DNA of 63,911 nt, counting the filler, from Licmophora abbreviata (lineage: Eukaryota), in the NCBI GenBank assembly GCA_900291995.1. It is 19 parts of 19 records of this genome, joined end to end, with 100 filler letters (N's around TTAATTAATTAA, not from the genome) between each part and the next. Parts side by side here need not be neighbours in the genome. Positions count along the whole stretch, not along the records: positions 1 to 6,082 come from OLMU01004986.1; positions 6,183 to 10,341 come from OLMU01004989.1; positions 10,442 to 14,871 come from OLMU01004991.1; 16 more parts are not named here. The stretch is one strand, 5' to 3'. The position numbers were made by a program, and so were the translations under genes. Of the stretch, positions 1 to 10,798 are shown in pieces. Positions within the stretch are counted from its first letter, which is position 1. Each line of letters opens with the position of its first letter. The notes below the pieces were generated by a model. The model ran no database searches, was not told the origin of the DNA, and was given only the letters and a program-made list of their open reading frames with translations.

Positions 1-406
1 ACCGCTCGTTGATATAGGGCTGGTCGATGATGCCATAGATCGGCCCGTCCGCATCGCGCAGCGCGATCAGTACGCCCCATGTCGGCGCACCCGACAGAAA
101 GGCGCGTGTGCCGTCGATGGGATCGACCACCCAGGTCAGCCCGCTCGTGCCGGGCCGCGCACCGAATTCCTCGCCGAACAGCGCATCATCAGGGCGTCGA
201 TCTTGCAGGATGTCCAGTATCGCACGCTCCGCCGCGCGATCGGCCGCCGTCACCGGGTCGAAGCCCGTGGCGGTCTTGTTCTGCGCCGTCAGCCCTTCGG
301 CGCGGAAATACTCCAGCACCGCCACGCGGGCGGCATCTGCCATGGCATGGGCGGTTGCGACGATGTCATCGCTGTCGCCAGTCTCATCCGTGTCGTCAAT
401 GTCCAA
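1..406 (-). CDS. hisN: Histidinol-phosphatase / inositol monophosphatase family protein (runs off window start)
   Basis: Manual minus-strand translation gives the IMPase motif WVVDPIDGTRAFLSGAPTWGVLIAL; TTG start at 406 preceded by GGGGAG. Confidence 0.8.
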   Translation of the reverse strand, partial: MDIDDTDETGDSDDIVATAHAMADAARVAVLEYFRAEGLTAQNKTATGFDPVTAADRAAERAILDILQDRRPDDALFGEEFGARPGTSGLTWVVDPIDGTRAFLSGAPTWGVLIALRDADGPIYGIIDQPYINER

Positions 407-461
407 ACCGGGCGCTCCCCTTGCGGTTGCCCCTCAGCGGTAGACCGCCCGGCTGGCAAGC

Positions 462-836
462 TCAAGCCACGTCGCTCAGAACGCGTGCCAGATCGAACAG
501 GCGGCGTCGCTGGTTCTCGGGGATCGCATAATACGACCGCACCAGATCCAGCGCCTCCTTGTCTCCCAGCAGATCGGCGGGCACCTTTTCACCGGCCTCC
601 GATTTTCCGCTGTCGGTTTCCAGCCCTTCAAAGAAGAAGCTGACTTCGACATCCAGCGCGTCCGCGATATCCCAAAGGCGCGATGCGCTGACCCGGTTCG
701 CACCGGTTTCATATTTCTGAATTTGCTGAAACTTGATACCGACGCTTTCGGCCAGTTGCTGCTGGGTCATTCCGACCAACCAGCGGCGATGGCGAATGCG
801 CTTGCCGACGTGAATATCTACGGGGTGCGGCATCAC
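462..836 (-). CDS. XRE-family helix-turn-helix transcriptional regulator
   Basis: PHPVDIHVGKRIRHRR...TQQQLAESVGIKFQQIQKYETGANRVSASRL, the conserved alphaproteobacterial XRE signature. Confidence 0.92.
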   Translation of the reverse strand: MMPHPVDIHVGKRIRHRRWLVGMTQQQLAESVGIKFQQIQKYETGANRVSASRLWDIADALDVEVSFFFEGLETDSGKSEAGEKVPADLLGDKEALDLVRSYYAIPENQRRRLFDLARVLSDVA

Positions 837-1147
837 ATCTTCCTTTTCTATTTTTCAGGCTCCGGTCCGACTGAAAATATTGTCGTCCGTTACGACTGCC
901 AAATGATCAGCTTTGGACGACAGACCAGTTGGCATCGTCGCGCAACCCTAGCATCTCCAAGGTTGAACACAAGAAATATCACACTACAAAAACGTGACCA
1001 GTCAAATTTCCACTCAATCTTAACGAGCACCTATACTTTCGAGGTAAAGCAATACAACCAAGGCTGGCGAATTGACAACAGTGTCGCATTTCGTCTAACG
1101 CAGACAAGGGCTTGCAGCCCTTTCTTCCACTGGCTCAGGGGGTCCTC

Positions 1148-2110
1148 ATGCGCGCATTTCATATCGATTCGCCCGGTGCTCCTCCCGCCCTTGCCGACCT
1201 CCCCGTGCCCACGCCCGGCCCCGGCGAAATCCGGCTGAAGGTGGGCGCCTGCGGGCTGAATTTCGCCGATCTGCTGATGATGACCGGCGACTATCAGGAC
1301 ACGCCCGCCGCGCCCTTCACCCTCGGGATGGAGGTTGCGGGCACGGTCGATGCGCATGGCCCCGGCGTCACCTCCCCTGCCATCGGCACCCGGGTCGCAG
1401 TGTTCGGCGGACAGGGCGGGCTGGCCGAATACGGCTGCTTTCCCGCCGACCGCGCCGTCGCCCTGCCCGCCGCCATGAGCGATATCGACGCCGCCGCCTT
1501 TCAGATCGCCTATGGCACCAGCCATCTGGCGCTCGATCACAAGGCGCAACTACAGCCCGGCGAAACCCTTCTGGTGCTCGGCGCCGCCGGTGGCGTGGGC
1601 CTCACGGCGGTGGAAATCGGCAAGCTGATGGGCGCCCGGGTCATCGCCTGCGCGCGCGGCGCCGACAAGCTGGCCGTCGCCGAACAGGCCGGTGCCGATC
1701 ACCTGATCGACGCCAAGACCGACGACATCCGCGCCGCCTGCAAGCCGCTTGGCGGGGTGGATGTGGTCTATGATCCCGTCGGCGGCGATCAGTTCGACGC
1801 CGCCTTCCGCGCCACCAATCCCGAAGGCCGCATCCTCTCCATCGGCTTCGCCAGCGGCACGGTCCCGCAGATCAAGGCCAATCACCTGCTGGTCAAGAAC
1901 CTCAGCGTCATCGGCCTTTACTGGGGCGGCTATCTCAAGTTCCGCCCCTCGGTCGTCACCGACAGCCTCGCCACCCTCATGGGCTGGTACGAGGCAGGCC
2001 GCATCAAACCCCATGTCAGCCATGTGCTGCCGCTGGATCAGGCCGCCGAGGCGCTTAAATTGCTGCGCAGCCGCACATCCACCGGCAAGGTCGTGGTCAC
2101 CCCACGCTGA
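1148..2110 (+). CDS. NADPH:quinone oxidoreductase (MDR superfamily)
   Basis: GLNFADLL, PFTLGMEVAG, Rossmann LVLGAAGGVG and C-terminal STGKVV; ATG at 1148. Confidence 0.9.
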   Translation: MRAFHIDSPGAPPALADLPVPTPGPGEIRLKVGACGLNFADLLMMTGDYQDTPAAPFTLGMEVAGTVDAHGPGVTSPAIGTRVAVFGGQGGLAEYGCFPADRAVALPAAMSDIDAAAFQIAYGTSHLALDHKAQLQPGETLLVLGAAGGVGLTAVEIGKLMGARVIACARGADKLAVAEQAGADHLIDAKTDDIRAACKPLGGVDVVYDPVGGDQFDAAFRATNPEGRILSIGFASGTVPQIKANHLLVKNLSVIGLYWGGYLKFRPSVVTDSLATLMGWYEAGRIKPHVSHVLPLDQAAEALKLLRSRTSTGKVVVTPR

Positions 2111-2975
2111 ACAGCCCCGCAGGCTGCGCCACCGCGCCATAACCGCTGCGCAACATGTCCGCCAACTGGTCAAGCACCTCGTCGCGCCCGCCACGCGCAT
2201 ACATGTTGATCTTCTGAACCCCCAGATCCGGCAGGCTTCCCCCCGGCGAGATCGCCTCCTGATGCGGCGGAATACTGTCCTCCAGCAACGCCCCCACCGC
2301 CAGATCGGCGCTGATGAGCGCCTCGACCGAGCGTTCGTCCTCGGATTCCACTGCCATGTCCCAATCCACGCCCGCGGCATCCAGACGCCGCAGCACGATG
2401 GGCCGGAAAATGCAGTTGGTCGAAAACGCCAGCCTCAGCGGCCGCCGCTTCCATGCCAGCCCGTCGCGTGCACCGGTCCAGCGCATCGGCATTTCACACA
2501 GCGTCTCGCCCCCCGGCCCGACACCCTCTTCGGTGGTCAGGATCAGATCGGCCTCCCCCTTGCGCAGCGCCTCGCGCAGTTGCAGCGTCCGCGAGGATTT
2601 CAAGTTCACCTTGACCCTCGGGAACGCGGCATTGAACGCCTTGAGCACGCGCGGCACCACCGGATAAACAATGTCATGCGGCACGCCCAGGATGACCTCA
2701 CCCTCAAAGGTCTCCTCGGTCAGCCGCCGCACAACCTCGTCGTTCAACTCCAGCATCCGGCGCGCATAGCCCAGCAATTGCTCGCCCGCCGCCGTCAGGC
2801 CGATGGTGCGGTTGCTGCGATCGAGCAGCGACAGACCCATCATCTCCTCCAGCCGCTTGAGCTGCATCGACACCGCCGATTGCGTCAGGTGCAAGACCGC
2901 CGCGGCCCGGGTCACCCCGCCCTGATCGGCCACCGCCACGAACGAGCGCAGGGTCGTCGTATCCAGATTTCTCAT
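2097..2975 (-). CDS. LysR-family transcriptional regulator
   Basis: N-terminal HTH LRSFVAVADQGGVTRAAAVLHLTQSAVSMQLKRLEE; 292 aa. Confidence 0.95.
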   Translation of the reverse strand: MRNLDTTTLRSFVAVADQGGVTRAAAVLHLTQSAVSMQLKRLEEMMGLSLLDRSNRTIGLTAAGEQLLGYARRMLELNDEVVRRLTEETFEGEVILGVPHDIVYPVVPRVLKAFNAAFPRVKVNLKSSRTLQLREALRKGEADLILTTEEGVGPGGETLCEMPMRWTGARDGLAWKRRPLRLAFSTNCIFRPIVLRRLDAAGVDWDMAVESEDERSVEALISADLAVGALLEDSIPPHQEAISPGGSLPDLGVQKINMYARGGRDEVLDQLADMLRSGYGAVAQPAGLFSVG

Positions 2976-2977
2976 GT

Positions 2978-2992
2978 ATCACACCCCTTGAT
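2978..2992. promoter_or_regulatory. Putative LysR recognition box ATCA-N7-TGAT (T-N11-A)
   Basis: Dyad ATCACACCCCTTGAT immediately upstream of the LysR start in the divergent LysR/DUF1127 region. Confidence 0.6.
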
Positions 2993-3100
2993 GCATCCAG
3001 TCACAAACATTCGTTTTTAAAATGATACCACAGGCGTCATATACATCACCAGAAGACATGAAACGCAAGTCATTCATCACGAACCGGAAAGGATATCGCC

Positions 3101-3313
3101 ATGCCGCTCCTGTCACTCTCCCGCGCCGCACAAGGCGCCCGCCCGCGCCCCTTGCTGGCCTTGCGCCTGATGCTGTCGCTGCACCGCCAGCGGCGGTCGC
3201 TGGCGCGGCTCGATGACCGGGCTCTGGCCGATATCGGCCTTGACCGCGACACCGCCCAGATCGAGTCCCGCCGCCCCCTGTGGGACATTCCGGCGCACTG
3301 GCGGAATTCATGA
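3101..3313 (+). CDS. DUF1127 small protein
   Basis: RQRRSLARLDDRALADIGLDR...ESRRPLW motif; divergent from LysR. Confidence 0.85.
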   Translation: MPLLSLSRAAQGARPRPLLALRLMLSLHRQRRSLARLDDRALADIGLDRDTAQIESRRPLWDIPAHWRNS

Positions 3314-3425
3314 CCTAATTTGTCACGATTTCACGCCGGTAATGCTTGAAATAAAGCCCGGTCTGCCCAATATTGTCTGCAAAGCCCTGAAAATGGGGCT
3401 TGGGGTTCACATATCGGAGGCTTTG

Positions 3426-4145
3426 ATGGCTCAGTTTGAAACAATCCGGACGGCGGCAGGCGCCCGTACCGCCCAGATTGATGCGGGGCTTCGCGCCCAC
3501 ATGAACAAGGTTTACGGCACAATGTCCGTGGGCATGCTGCTGACCTTCGCCGCGGCTTGGGCCGTTGGCACGAATGCAGCCCTGTTCGAAACACTGTTTA
3601 CCGGCATCACGCGTTGGATCGTGATGTTCGCGCCGCTGGTCATGGTCTTCGCCTTCAGTGCGATGATCAACAAACTGTCCGCGGCAGCGGCACAACTGTT
3701 CTTCTACACCTTCGCAGCCGTGATGGGTGTGTCGATCAGCTATATCTTCGTGGTCTTCACCGACTACTCGATCGCGCAGGTGTTCCTGATCACCGCCGTC
3801 GCTTTCGCGGGGCTGTCGCTCTGGGGCTACACCACCAAGAAGGACATCTCCGGCTGGGGCAGCTTCCTGATCATGGGCGTGATCGGCCTTGTCGTGGCGT
3901 CCATCGTCAACATCTTCCTTGGCTCGCCCGCGATCATGTTCGCGATCTCGGCCATCGGTGTTCTGATCTTCGCAGGTCTCACCGCCTATGACACGCAGGA
4001 CATCAAGAACGAGTATCTCGCCCACGCCCATCACGGCGACAGCGAGTGGATGGGCAAGTCGGCCATCATGGGCGCTCTGCGCCTCTACCTGGACTTCATC
4101 AACATGTTCATCATGTTGCTGAGCCTGTTCGGCCAGCGCGAGTAA
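3426..4145 (+). CDS. Bax inhibitor-1/YccA family membrane protein
   Basis: IDAGLRAHMNKVYGTM, seven hydrophobic segments, LTAYDTQ and GALRLYLDFIN. Confidence 0.93.
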   Translation: MAQFETIRTAAGARTAQIDAGLRAHMNKVYGTMSVGMLLTFAAAWAVGTNAALFETLFTGITRWIVMFAPLVMVFAFSAMINKLSAAAAQLFFYTFAAVMGVSISYIFVVFTDYSIAQVFLITAVAFAGLSLWGYTTKKDISGWGSFLIMGVIGLVVASIVNIFLGSPAIMFAISAIGVLIFAGLTAYDTQDIKNEYLAHAHHGDSEWMGKSAIMGALRLYLDFINMFIMLLSLFGQRE

Positions 4146-4168
4146 TCCTCGCCGCGACACGACACAAC

Positions 4169-4200
4169 AAGGGCCGGTCCATGTGACCGGCCCTTTTTTT
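4169..4200 (+). terminator. Intrinsic terminator of the BI-1/YccA gene
   Basis: AAGGGCCGGTC-catgt-GACCGGCCCTT followed by a T-tract. Confidence 0.85.
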
Positions 4201-4220
4201 GTGCCTCCATGCACGCCCCG

Positions 4221-4721
4221 TCAGCCGGTCCAGCACATCTGCATCGCGGGCAGGCTCACACCCGGCCCCAGATGCAGCAGCACATCCCCCTGCGCCCGCA
4301 TCCCCATCGCCGCAAAGAACGGCACCGCCCCTTGCGTCGAAAGACACGACAGCCGCGCGACCTGCGCCGCCTGTGCCGTCTCGGCGATCCAGCCGAAGAT
4401 GGCCCGCCCCACACCGCTGCGCTGCGCCTTGGGGTGAACCGCCAGATGCCGCACATGGCCCAGCCCGTCCACACCGGGCCGCCCGAACGGGGTCTCCCGG
4501 CTCCAGCCACCCATGCCCACCACATGCCCTTGCCGCCGCGCCAGCACGTATTGCGCCCCGCGCAGCAACCTCGGCACCGGCTGGCACATCACCGTCAGCG
4601 CCTTCTCTACCAGCTCGACAGGGTGATCCCGGGCCAAAAGCTGGCCATAGCTGCAACTCAGCAGCTCCAATATCTCGTCGGGGTCGGCCTCATCAGCCGG
4701 ACTCAGGTCGATCGTACACAT
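4221..4721 (-). CDS. GNAT-family N-acetyltransferase
   Basis: HVRHLAVHPKAQRSGVGRAI acetyl-CoA motif and AVPFFAAMG. Confidence 0.85.
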   Translation of the reverse strand: MCTIDLSPADEADPDEILELLSCSYGQLLARDHPVELVEKALTVMCQPVPRLLRGAQYVLARRQGHVVGMGGWSRETPFGRPGVDGLGHVRHLAVHPKAQRSGVGRAIFGWIAETAQAAQVARLSCLSTQGAVPFFAAMGMRAQGDVLLHLGPGVSLPAMQMCWTG

Positions 4722-4828
4722 GGCAGGGATCCTCGGGAAATATCACCCCACCGCCCATACGTTGCCCCCGGAATCAAGAAAGCCGCGCTTGGGCGGCGCG
4801 GCTTGTGTCTTGTCGGAACGGGGCGATC

Positions 4829-4996
4829 TTACTTGATCTTGCCTTCCTTGTACTCGACATGCTTGCGCACCACCGGGTCATACTTCCGTACGACCATCTT
4901 TTCGGTCATGGTGCGCGCATTCTTCTTGGTCACGTAGAAATGGCCCGTGCCCGCGGTCGAGTTCAGACGGATCTTGATGGTCGTCGGCTTCGCCAT
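4829..4996 (-). CDS. rpmG: 50S ribosomal protein L33
   Basis: [34 protein letters not shown]...[17 protein letters not shown]. Confidence 0.98.
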   Translation of the reverse strand: MAKPTTIKIRLNSTAGTGHFYVTKKNARTMTEKMVVRKYDPVVRKHVEYKEGKIK

Positions 4997-5101
4997 TGTG
5001 CTGTCTCCTGCGCCGGGCGCGCATCGCACCCGAGAAATTCGTCATGAAGCCTGCCTTTTACAGGCGCTCACGTCCTAGTCAACCGGTTTTTCCCAGTGGC
5101 C

Positions 5102-5710
5102 TCAGTTGGAACTCATCCGCGTCGGCATCCGGTAGAAATGATGCACGCCGATCGTCGCCGTGCGCGGGAAAACACGCGCCCAACGCGGGTTCACCGCCTG
5201 CGTGTGATAATGCGTCGCCCCATCGGTCAACTGCCGCGGTGCGCCATCCAGCGTCAGCCGCGCCACCTTGGCCACCTGCCGGAACGCGGCCGGGTTGGCG
5301 ATCACCTCTTCATGGCCATCGCAGGTATAGGTGAACTGACAGGCGTATTTCCGCCCGGTGCCCTGATGCACCACACCGCAGACCGTGTTCGGAAACTCCG
5401 CACTGTCCACCCGGTTCAGAATCACCTCCGCCACCGCGAACTGACCCTTCACGCTTTCGCCGCGCGCCTCAAAGTAAAGCGCCTCCGCCAGACAGCGCCA
5501 CTGATCGCCACCCTGGCTCACCTGCTGCGTCGACAGCCACTCCTTGGAGTACTCCAAATCGGCCTCCGGGCGCTGCAGATAGCTGGCCTTGATCTCACCC
5601 GAGATCCGCCCCAGCGCCACGCGCTCCTGCTCGAAAAGCCGCTTCACCGGCGTATCGGCCATCGCCGTGCTGCCCATCAATAGTGACAGCATCACAATCA
5701 TTCTGATCAT
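5102..5710 (-). CDS. Cell wall hydrolase (SleB-like, Hydrolase_2)
   Basis: Signal peptide; CLAEALYFEARGE, VILNRV, CQFTYTCDG, GATHYHT, IGVHHFY. Confidence 0.9.
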   Translation of the reverse strand: MIRMIVMLSLLMGSTAMADTPVKRLFEQERVALGRISGEIKASYLQRPEADLEYSKEWLSTQQVSQGGDQWRCLAEALYFEARGESVKGQFAVAEVILNRVDSAEFPNTVCGVVHQGTGRKYACQFTYTCDGHEEVIANPAAFRQVAKVARLTLDGAPRQLTDGATHYHTQAVNPRWARVFPRTATIGVHHFYRMPTRMSSN

Positions 5711-5877
5711 GGCATAATCCCCCATCGCGATGCACGGGCACCGCAAAACATCTGCGCCATGTAGTCAAAATTGCCCCACGCGTCCAGTCCGCGACAGGAA
5801 CGTTCCAATTGCGACGAAATTTTCGACAGCTGCACACCCGCCCGATCGCGCGAATATTGCGCCCAAGGGGCGATCGC

Positions 5878-6082
5878 CTACCCGATCTTGTCTTTGACGA
5901 CCAGTTGTGCGGCAGCAAGTCGCGCCACTGGAACCCGGAAAGGCGAGCATGAGACATAGTCGAATCCCGCCGCCCGGCAGAAGGCGATTGATTCGGGATT
6001 GCCCCCGTGCTCGCCGCAGATCGACAGCACAAGGTCGGGCTTGACCGCGCGTCCGCGCTCGGCACCCATCCGCAACAGCTCG
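5878..6082 (-). CDS. ppdK: Pyruvate, phosphate dikinase, C-terminal fragment (remainder in gap)
   Basis: [15 protein letters not shown]...[19 protein letters not shown]. Confidence 0.92.
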
Positions 6083-6182
6083 NNNNNNNNNNNNNNNNNN
6101 NNNNNNNNNNNNNNNNNNNNNNNNNNTTAATTAATTAANNNNNNNNNNNNNNNNNNNNNNNNNNNNNNNNNNNNNNNNNNNN
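6083..6182. other. Artificial contig spacer N44-TTAATTAATTAA-N44. First of 18; others start at 10342, 14872, 19876, 21385, 24373, 26474, 32126, 34349, 41683, 43700, 45917, 47858, 51101, 57070, 58915, 61214 and 62407
   Basis: Identical 100-bp block with stops in all six frames, often interrupting genes. Confidence 0.99.
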
Positions 6183-6539
6183 ATCGGCGGGTCGGCCCGG
6201 CCGCGTGATCTTGGCGTAAAACACCTGACCCTTCTTTTCGTCACGGATTTCAAGGTCTTCGCGGGTAACACCTGCGCCGCGCAAGAAGCCCTCGATCGCC
6301 TTTTCGGGCGCATCGGCCCTTGGTCCCTTGCGCTCTTCGGTGACTGTGGGGCTTGCCGCCAGCAGCCCTTCCACCGCCAGCGTCAGCCGCCGGGGCGTCG
6401 CAAAGGCCTGCGCACCGGCATAGGTCAGACCGGCCTCGACCAGCCCATCGGTCATGCGCGCCCTGAGGTCCGCCGCCGCCCGCGCCTGCATGCGCGCCGG
6501 GATTTCCTCGGAGAAGAGTTCGATCAGAAGATCAGGCAT
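6183..6539 (-). CDS. glyS: Glycine--tRNA ligase beta subunit, N-terminal fragment
   Basis: [18 protein letters not shown]...ATPRRL...EERKGP; downstream of glyQ. Confidence 0.95.
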
Positions 6540-6544
6540 ATCGG

Positions 6545-7069
6545 TCAATTCCGGTTCGGAGGTTCAGGACAGTCTTCGGGGGTCGGCAGGCCATCAAACA
6601 CGACCTTTCCGCAACGGTTGATCTGGTGCCACACATAGCCGCGCCCGTCATCGGTGACGGTTACTATTCGGTCGATACCGTATTCGATATCCTGCTGACC
6701 CATGAACGCCAGCGCCGAGCCGTCCTTCAGCCCGGCCGCAATCGCGTCGGCATCAAAGCAGTCGAACCAGCCCGGCGCCTCGAGAGGTACGGGTTTTTCA
6801 TAGGGCTGGTAGGTGTCGGCCAGCGCATCCAGGGTCAGCGAGGTGGTGAAACAAGCACGATACCGGATCGGCGAGCTTTCCGAGTCGATCGCCTGGAAAT
6901 CGGAATAGGCAATGGTTTCCACCAGTTCCGATGTCGCCTGCGTCAACTGCACATCGTCCCGGCCATCGGGCACAACCTCGTCATAATAGGCATAGACCTG
7001 AAGGTAATAGAGCCCGCCACCGGCCAGTATTGCCGACCCGAGGATCAAAGCTGCGAGGAATTTACCCAT
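6545..7069 (-). CDS. Conserved Rhodobacteraceae membrane-anchored protein (DUF6446-like)
   Basis: N-terminal TM helix, [28 protein letters not shown]; start overlaps the glyQ stop (TAATG). Confidence 0.7.
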   Translation of the reverse strand: MGKFLAALILGSAILAGGGLYYLQVYAYYDEVVPDGRDDVQLTQATSELVETIAYSDFQAIDSESSPIRYRACFTTSLTLDALADTYQPYEKPVPLEAPGWFDCFDADAIAAGLKDGSALAFMGQQDIEYGIDRIVTVTDDGRGYVWHQINRCGKVVFDGLPTPEDCPEPPNRN

Positions 7070-7998
7070 TACGCCACAAATCCCCCTGCCTCGGTTGTCA
7101 CAAACGCATCGGCGCATCGCTTAGCAAGCGCCCGCACCCGCCCGATATAGGCCTGACGCTCGGTGACCGAAATCACCCCGCGCGCATCCAGTAAGTTGAA
7201 CACATGGCTGGCCTTGATGCATTGATCATAAGCGGGATGCGCCATAATGATCCGTTGCCCGGTTTTCGGATCGACCTCGGGCTGCGACAGGATCGCTTCG
7301 CACTCGGTCTCAGCCTCTTCGAAGTGACGCAGCAGAACATCGGTATTGGCCACATCGAAATTCCAGCGGCTGTATTCCTGCTCGGTCTGACGGAACACAT
7401 CCCCATAGGTCAGCGGGATGGGCGCCTGCGGATCGTTATAGGGCATGTCCATCACGTGATCGACACCCAGAACATACATCGCCAGCCGCTCCAGCCCATA
7501 GGTCAGCTCACCCGAGACCGGGTGGCAATCATGGCCGCCGACCTGCTGGAAATAGGTGAACTGACTGACTTCCATACCGTCGCACCACACTTCCCAGCCA
7601 AGCCCCCAGGCTCCAAGCGTCGGGCTTTCCCAGTCATCCTCGACAAAGCGGATGTCATGCAGCGCCATGTCGATGCCGATCGCCTCGAGACTGCCGAGAT
7701 AGAGCGCCTGCAGGTTCGGCGGACTGGGTTTGATGAGCACCTGATACTGGTAGTAATGCTGCAGGCGGTTGGGGTTCTCGCCATAACGCCCATCCGTAGG
7801 CCGCCGCGAGGGTTGCACATAGGCCGCAGCCCAAGGCTTGCTGCCAAGCGAACGCAAGGTGGTGGCAGGGTGGAACGTGCCGGCGCCAACCTCCATGTCA
7901 TAAGGCTGCATCATCGCACAGCCCTGCGCCGCCCAATAGGCTTGCAGCCGTAGGATGACCTCCTGAAAACTGCGTGGCATGCCTGTCTGTTCCGCCAT
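7069..7998 (-). CDS. glyQ: Glycine--tRNA ligase alpha subunit
   Basis: [50 protein letters not shown]. Confidence 0.98.
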   Translation of the reverse strand: MAEQTGMPRSFQEVILRLQAYWAAQGCAMMQPYDMEVGAGTFHPATTLRSLGSKPWAAAYVQPSRRPTDGRYGENPNRLQHYYQYQVLIKPSPPNLQALYLGSLEAIGIDMALHDIRFVEDDWESPTLGAWGLGWEVWCDGMEVSQFTYFQQVGGHDCHPVSGELTYGLERLAMYVLGVDHVMDMPYNDPQAPIPLTYGDVFRQTEQEYSRWNFDVANTDVLLRHFEEAETECEAILSQPEVDPKTGQRIIMAHPAYDQCIKASHVFNLLDARGVISVTERQAYIGRVRALAKRCADAFVTTEAGGFVA

Positions 7999-8163
7999 GG
8001 TCGCCTCCGGTTGGTCCCCTGAAATCGCCATTCTTACCTACGGCCACGACACGGCAGGGTCAATTGCGGGAGGTGCCATTATTTTGGGTGCATGACGGCG
8101 CATTTTTGCTAAAAGACGGGACAACCGGGGCAAACCAGAACGGGACAGGACCAAGTGGCTTTG

Positions 8164-9918
8164 ATGACGCGTTTTTTTTCGGTAATTCTATGTGTAATCG
8201 TGATGGCTGTTCCTGCTGCTCGCGCGCAACAGGGCGTTACGGTATGGGTGCAGATCGAAGCGCAACCCAGCCTGTCCTCGGCCAACGACCGGATACGCGA
8301 TTACAGCACCCAGCTTGATGATGTGCACGGCTTTTCCCTTGGCGCAGGCTGGTATGCCATCGCCCTTGGCCCCTATGCCCCCGAAGATGCAGACCAGATA
8401 TTGCGTAGCCTTCGGGCTCAGGGGCTGATCCCGCGCGACAGCTATGTCGCGCGCAGTTCGGATTATCAGCAGCAGTTCTGGCCCATTGGAACGAACGCGC
8501 TTGATCGTCCCGCACTCGAGATTGTCGATCCGGTCTTGTCGCAAAACGCCCCCTTGGCACAGGACACCCCGATAGAGATACCAGTCATCGAACCCGCCGA
8601 CGAAACCCCCGCCGAGGCGCGCGCCAGCGAAAGCCTTCTGAGCCGCGATGAACGTGCCGCCCTACAAGAGGCGCTGCGATGGGCCGGGTTCTACGCAGGT
8701 CCGATCGACGCGGCTTTCGGGCGCGGCACCCGTGCGTCCATGGCGGACTGGCAAGCAACCAATGGCCATGACGAAACGGGCATCCTCACCACGCTTCAGC
8801 GCGCCGAATTGCTGGGCCAGTACAATGCCGTGCTTGATGGTCTTGGCCTGGAGATCGTGCGCGACGAGGCCGCCGGGATCGAGATCGAGATGCCCACCGC
8901 ACTACTCGCCTTCGAACGCTACGAGCCGCCTTTCGTGCATTACAACGCTCAGGGCGATATCGACGCGAGGGTGCTTCTCATCAGTCAGACCGGCACAGAT
9001 GCCACACTGGCCGGCCTTTACGACATCATGCAAACGCTTGAAATCGTACCTGAAACCGGGCCACGGACCCTCGAAAGCGATGCCTTCACCCTGATCGGTG
9101 AGGGGGCGCTGAGGATCTCGCATACGCAAGCCTGGCTCAAAGATGGCGAGATCAAGGGCTTCACCCTTGTCTGGCCCGCAGGCGACGAGGAACGGCGCAC
9201 CCGCCTTCTTGGCCGCATGCAGGAGAGTTTCACGCGCATCGACGGCGTTCTGGACCCGGCCGAGGGCAGCGACGCCATGCAGGGCATCGACCTTGTCTCG
9301 GGTCTGGAAATCCGCAAGCCACGGCTCAATCGTTCGGGCTTTTACGTGGATCGCACTGGCGCGGTCCTGACCACCGCGGATGTGGTGGATGGCTGCCGCC
9401 GCATCACCATCGACGAGGATCACGAAGCCCAGGTGGCCAGCCGTGATGACAGCCTCGGGATCGCGCTTCTGCGGCCACTTGACCGTCTGGCGCCCATGGC
9501 GGTCGCGGCCTTCCAGCAGGCAATCCCCCGTTTGCGATCAGATGTCGCCGTGGCGGGATATTCCTATGGCGGTGTGCTCGGAGCGCCGACGCTGACCTTC
9601 GGACAGCTCGAAGAGCTACAGGGCCTGAACGGCGAGGACAAGATCAAGCGCCTGTCGCTCCATGCCCTTGAGGGAGATGCCGGTGGCCCTGTGGTGGATG
9701 CGGGCGGCGCGGTTCTGGGGATGCTTATGCCGCAAGGCTCGGGCGACCGCAGACTTCCCGATGGCGTGAGCTTCGCGGCGAATAACACTGTTCTGAAACA
9801 GCTTTTGCAGGATGCGGGCATCACGCCCTCGGCCACCTCCGAGATCGGCCAGATGGCGCCCGAGGCGTTGACCGATCGCGCCGCCGGCATGACAGTGCTG
9901 GTCAGTTGCTGGGATTGA
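8164..9918 (+). CDS. Secreted protein with peptidoglycan-binding domain and C-terminal trypsin-like domain (catalytic triad degenerate)
   Basis: Signal peptide; LQEALRWAGFYAGPIDAAFGRGTR (PG_binding_1); SGFYVD...VLTTADVV...GDAGGPVVD. Confidence 0.85.
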   Translation: MTRFFSVILCVIVMAVPAARAQQGVTVWVQIEAQPSLSSANDRIRDYSTQLDDVHGFSLGAGWYAIALGPYAPEDADQILRSLRAQGLIPRDSYVARSSDYQQQFWPIGTNALDRPALEIVDPVLSQNAPLAQDTPIEIPVIEPADETPAEARASESLLSRDERAALQEALRWAGFYAGPIDAAFGRGTRASMADWQATNGHDETGILTTLQRAELLGQYNAVLDGLGLEIVRDEAAGIEIEMPTALLAFERYEPPFVHYNAQGDIDARVLLISQTGTDATLAGLYDIMQTLEIVPETGPRTLESDAFTLIGEGALRISHTQAWLKDGEIKGFTLVWPAGDEERRTRLLGRMQESFTRIDGVLDPAEGSDAMQGIDLVSGLEIRKPRLNRSGFYVDRTGAVLTTADVVDGCRRITIDEDHEAQVASRDDSLGIALLRPLDRLAPMAVAAFQQAIPRLRSDVAVAGYSYGGVLGAPTLTFGQLEELQGLNGEDKIKRLSLHALEGDAGGPVVDAGGAVLGMLMPQGSGDRRLPDGVSFAANNTVLKQLLQDAGITPSATSEIGQMAPEALTDRAAGMTVLVSCWD

Positions 9919-9965
9919 TCCGCTGACACAGCATCCCGCGCCCGATCGGCGCGCGGGGCGCGGAC

Positions 9966-10798
9966 TCATCCGCCAAGCAGATCGGGCGTAACCCGGATCA
10001 GGGTCGGGCCGCTGGCCGCAAAAGCCGCGTTCACAGCCTCGGTCAACGCGCCAAGGCTTCGCGGTTCCGCCGCCCCCGCCCCATAGGCGCGCGCAAGCGC
10101 GCAGAAATCGGGATTGCGCGCCACCACCGCATTGGGTGCGATCTGCGAGCGCACCATGCTGTCCTCGATCTCCTTGAGCTTGCCATTGTCCCATAACAGG
10201 ATCGGCAGCGGCAAACCCAGCTCCACCGCCACACCCAGTTCCGGCAGCGTGTACTGAAAGCCGTAATCCCCCGCCACGCACATCGTGGGCAGGCCCGGCC
10301 GAGCCACCGCGCCGCCGATCGCCGCGGGCAAGGCATAGCCCNNNNNNNNNNNNNNNNNNNNNNNNNNNNNNNNNNNNNNNNNNNNTTAATTAATTAANNN
10401 NNNNNNNNNNNNNNNNNNNNNNNNNNNNNNNNNNNNNNNNNTTCCTGATCCTTCATCTGGTGCAATTGACCGCGCCGTGCCGCGGTTTCATCCAGACAGG
10501 AGGATATCACCAGCATCGGCACGCTGTCCGAATAGGCCTGCCCGATCGGCGTCATGATATTGCACAGCCCCGGACCGGTGATCACATAGGCAATGCCTGC
10601 CTTGCCGCTGGCGCGGGCATAGCCATCCGCCATGAAACCAGCACCCTGCTCATGCCGCGCCAGAATATGCGTGATCCCGGCCTCTTCGATGCCGCGATAC
10701 ATTTCCTGATTATGCACACCGGGAATCCCGAATATCGTCTCCACGCCACGGGATTTAAGCATGTGGCTGATCTGTGCGCCCAAGGGTCGGGTGGTCAT
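9966..10798 (-). CDS. Thiamine-diphosphate-dependent enzyme (5-guanidino-2-oxopentanoate decarboxylase-like), split by spacer
   Basis: N-part IFGIPGVHN...ARHEQGAGFMADGYAR...TGPG; C-part GDYGFQYT...WDN ThDP motif. Confidence 0.85.
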
